Source: a virus | DNA: 43,389 nt | IMG/VR virus record: IMGVR_UViG_3300025730_000002 | Span: 1 to 43,389 of that record | Direction: 5' to 3' (one strand) | Shown: piece after piece, positions 40,975 through 43,389 of the stretch | Position numbering within the stretch: position 1 is the stretch's first letter | Layout of the letters: each line of letters starts with the position of its first letter | Program-made: the position numbers and the translations under genes | The notes under the pieces: model-generated | Told to the model about the DNA's origin: nothing | Databases searched by the model: none | Seen by the model: only the letters and a program-made list of their open reading frames with translations

Positions 40975-42738
40975 ATGAAAGAAATTAGAGAAAAATTATT
41001 TAATGATTATGTAACTATGAATGGTGGTGATATTATTCCTACTGAAGGAGGTGGTGAACCTGAGCAAGAACCAGAACAAGGAGAGGTTTTATATGCAAAT
41101 AGTTGTTCATTAGGGGATGTGCGGGCAGCGATAGCGATAGCTAATCCTGGTGATACAGTAATAGTCCCAGACGGGGAAGCTACTTGGTCTCAAGCTTTGA
41201 TTATAACCAAGGGAATAATATTGAAAGCAGCTACGGTTGGAGGAACTACAATAAAATCGGGTGCTGCTTCTGGTGTTGATTATTTTGACCCTCCTAGTTT
41301 TCTAGTTGCTTATGTGCCTTCATCTGACCAAGTAGATAAACCTTTTAGATTATCGGGTTTTATACTTGATGGTAATAGCAATCGTTTTACATTTATGGCA
41401 AAAAATGATTCTTTAACTCCAGTAACCCAATTTAGGCTTGACCATTGTGAAATTAAGAATTCTAAAGGTGCTGTGATGATTTTTCAAGGTGAAATATATG
41501 GGGTTATTGATAATAATGTGTTAAGGTCAAGTGTGGGTAGTTTTCTTATTCTTGATTTTGCTTACAATGCAACAACTTGGAATAATTTTACTTTTAATTA
41601 TGGGACTTCCAATAACAGATACTATGAAGACAATGATATATATTTAGGCGATGGTAGTTCGAGTAATGAAGGTGGTTTAGGTGGACGTTATTGTAGTAGG
41701 TATAATATATATCATTATTTAGGAACATCAGAGGCTATTTGGCCTTGGTTTGATATACATGGTAATATGGGGACAGGCGGAAATTTATCCACCATGGGGG
41801 CAGAAATATACGAGAATACCATTAACTGTAATAATAAAACAATGGAGGTGTTTGACCATAGAGGTGGAAAGGCAATAATTTTTAATAATAGTGCTTTAAA
41901 CGCATCTTCTGGATTCCCTGGACAAGCCAGAGAAGAATATGATGATACCTTGAATCCACCAGCAACAAATACTGCTGGGCAGCCCCAACATGTGTCTGAC
42001 TCTTATTACTGGAATCAGAGTATAAATGGTTCGGTAAGATATAATTATGATATACCACAGACATGGGATTATGGAGAACCAAAGGGAGTTGTTCCGAGAT
42101 GGGATGTGCATTGCTTTAAGCAGGTTGAGAATTTTGATGGTTCATCTGGAATAGGGGTAGGATTAATAGAAGATAGACCAGCTTCATGCACGACTGAAGG
42201 TGTTGGTTGGTGGGCGACAGACGAAAATAAGTTGTATAGGTGGCATGACGATGCTTGGGAACTTTACTATACTCCCTACACTTATCCGCACCCATTGACT
42301 GTTGAGTCTGGTGGTGAAACACCGCCTCCTCCGCCCCCACCAGCAGTTGTTCCAGACAGTAAGTTTTTTGATTTATCTGATTCAATAGGTGCATCTATTA
42401 TAATACATGCTAAAGGAGAAAATGAATTAGCCGATGGAGATATTACATTTATCTTTTCATTTTACAAACCAGATTTAGGTGGCGTATGGAGTTTTGTTGA
42501 TTCTGACCCGTATGTTATTTCTCTAAATGGAATTAACGATGTATGTGCTACTTTTGTTATTCCTTATAATGTAAAGAAAATTCAGCTTAAATCTATTGAA
42601 TATGATGATGATGAAACTAACAGTGCCTTGGTTAATGTTAGCCTAAATAAACTTTGCTTTGATAATTTTGAACAAGCGGATTCATTAGTTTCTTCTCTAA
42701 AAGCTGTGATAAATGAACAAAAAAGACCTAAAGTTTGA
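40975..42738 (+). CDS. Tailspike, right-handed beta-helix (polysaccharide lyase/depolymerase-like) with poly-Pro linker and C-terminal domain
   Basis: N-terminal SLGDVRAAIAIANPGDTVIVPDGEATW..IITKGIILKA is typical of beta-helix glycanases. A P7 linker lies at about 42320-42345. Confidence 0.65.
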   Translation: MKEIREKLFNDYVTMNGGDIIPTEGGGEPEQEPEQGEVLYANSCSLGDVRAAIAIANPGDTVIVPDGEATWSQALIITKGIILKAATVGGTTIKSGAASGVDYFDPPSFLVAYVPSSDQVDKPFRLSGFILDGNSNRFTFMAKNDSLTPVTQFRLDHCEIKNSKGAVMIFQGEIYGVIDNNVLRSSVGSFLILDFAYNATTWNNFTFNYGTSNNRYYEDNDIYLGDGSSSNEGGLGGRYCSRYNIYHYLGTSEAIWPWFDIHGNMGTGGNLSTMGAEIYENTINCNNKTMEVFDHRGGKAIIFNNSALNASSGFPGQAREEYDDTLNPPATNTAGQPQHVSDSYYWNQSINGSVRYNYDIPQTWDYGEPKGVVPRWDVHCFKQVENFDGSSGIGVGLIEDRPASCTTEGVGWWATDENKLYRWHDDAWELYYTPYTYPHPLTVESGGETPPPPPPPAVVPDSKFFDLSDSIGASIIIHAKGENELADGDITFIFSFYKPDLGGVWSFVDSDPYVISLNGINDVCATFVIPYNVKKIQLKSIEYDDDETNSALVNVSLNKLCFDNFEQADSLVSSLKAVINEQKRPKV

Positions 42739-42955
42739 TATTGAAGATTTAAAAAATAATTTATTGGTGTATGATAGACCTCCAAAAGAAAATGAAGGAT
42801 TAAATAATGCTTTATGGATAGATAAGAAAAATAATAAAATATTTGTAAAAGACAAAAAAGAAGGTTGGATAGAAATTGGTAGAACAATTTTCATATCCGA
42901 TGTCAGCCCGACCCCCGCTGATGGTCAAGATGGAGATTTGTGGTTTGAATATTAG
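42713..42955 (+). CDS. Small tail-fibre-associated protein (80 aa)
   Basis: Overlaps the tailspike stop by 26 nt. Ends in the motif DGQDGDLWFEY, which recurs in phage fibre proteins. Confidence 0.5.
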   Translation: MNKKDLKFDIEDLKNNLLVYDRPPKENEGLNNALWIDKKNNKIFVKDKKEGWIEIGRTIFISDVSPTPADGQDGDLWFEY

Positions 42956-42967
42956 GAGTGAATAGCA

Positions 42968-43389
42968 ATGGCTGTATATGAAGGAACATTAAATAACAGT
43001 ATCGGCGGGCTAATTGCTATGCTTGATACCCAGCTTGTCAAGAACGACAAGTGGTCTATTTACGATGATGCCGCTGGAACTAATTGTCATGTCTATAAAA
43101 ATGATAGCCCAACTGAAAATTCATTGTTCTATCTGAAAGTAGATGACAATTATGTTGGCTATGCAATCATAGAATTATGGGAAGGATGGGATGCTGTAAA
43201 CCATGTTGGAGTAGGCAAGTCGTTAACTAAAGGTTCTGGCGGGACAAATTTGCTATATATCAGAAAAGCTGCTCAAGCTTATAAACTTATGCTGAATAAT
43301 TTAAGATTTATACTGATACAAGTTGGCGTTGCTTTTTCTTCTTATGTTGGACAGCCAAAGCGATTTGATGAATCTAAAAATCAACCGAT
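42968..43389 (+). CDS. Tail-fibre/virion protein, 5' part of a junction-spanning gene (continues at base 128 after collapsing the overlap)
   Basis: ATG at 42968 follows AGGAG (42954-42958). The ORF is open to the window end and in frame with 1..536. The joined gene is 295+536 nt, giving 276 aa. Confidence 0.8.
   Translation, partial: MAVYEGTLNNSIGGLIAMLDTQLVKNDKWSIYDDAAGTNCHVYKNDSPTENSLFYLKVDDNYVGYAIIELWEGWDAVNHVGVGKSLTKGSGGTNLLYIRKAAQAYKLMLNNLRFILIQVGVAFSSYVGQPKRFDESKNQP
43263..43389. repeat. Right copy of 127-bp exact terminal direct repeat
   Basis: Identical to bases 1-127. Confidence 0.95.

Noticed and set aside
1-43389. tRNA genes, integrase/repressor (lysogeny) genes, reverse transcriptase (DGR/retron), phage RNA polymerase, stop-codon recoding
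   Set aside because: No T-arm/anticodon-arm-like GC-rich 70-90-nt segments were seen in intergenic DNA. No ORF shows integrase, CI/Cro, RT (YxDD) or single-subunit or two-barrel RNAP motifs. TAA, TAG and TGA all terminate well-supported genes. This was a scan by eye, so small or divergent elements could have been missed.

Overview
The window is one complete, circularly closed genome of an AT-rich tailed dsDNA phage. Bases 1-127 are identical to 43263-43389, so the unique length is 43,262 bp, and one tail-fibre-like gene reads across the join. There is no tail tube, sheath or tape-measure gene. A block of small and giant internal-virion-type proteins is present, so a podovirus-like virion is inferred. 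Coding is dense, uses the standard code, and has AGGAG-type ribosome-binding sites before almost every gene. There are three transcription blocks. (1) A minus-strand replication and nucleotide-metabolism block (23668 down to 9815): family A DNA polymerase, prim-pol/helicase, Cas4-like nuclease, RNase H-like exonuclease, beta-class DNA methyltransferase, two 2'-deoxyribosyltransferase-superfamily proteins, and many small Cys-rich or HicB-like proteins. (2) A short plus-strand early cassette of small ORFans (24499-26430). (3) A plus-strand lysis, packaging and structural block (27432 through the join to 9814): holin-like proteins, GH24 endolysin, TerS, TerL, portal, scaffold, major capsid, NHL-repeat tail protein, beta-helix tailspike and a 1695-aa internal protein. 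No phage RNA polymerase, integrase, repressor, tRNA or CRISPR array was found. Transcription appears to depend on near-consensus sigma70 promoters of the form cTTGACAA-N17-TATAAT. The most unusual content is two large non-coding regions (23669-24498 and 26431-27431) that bracket the early cassette. They share motif families: a 23-bp hairpin palindrome AATCCTAT-N7-ATAGGATT in eight copies (four of them in a phased ~50-bp tandem array), TAGACTAC/GTAGTCTA inverted motifs, iterons, and long perfect hairpins. Other notable features are a triplicated minimal HExxH (ImmA/M78-like) peptidase family placed as inverted paralogs around the divergent early promoters, orphan HicB-like domains, a GC-rich three-gene island, and a GC-rich structured leader before terS. 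All functional calls come from motif reading by eye; no database search was possible.
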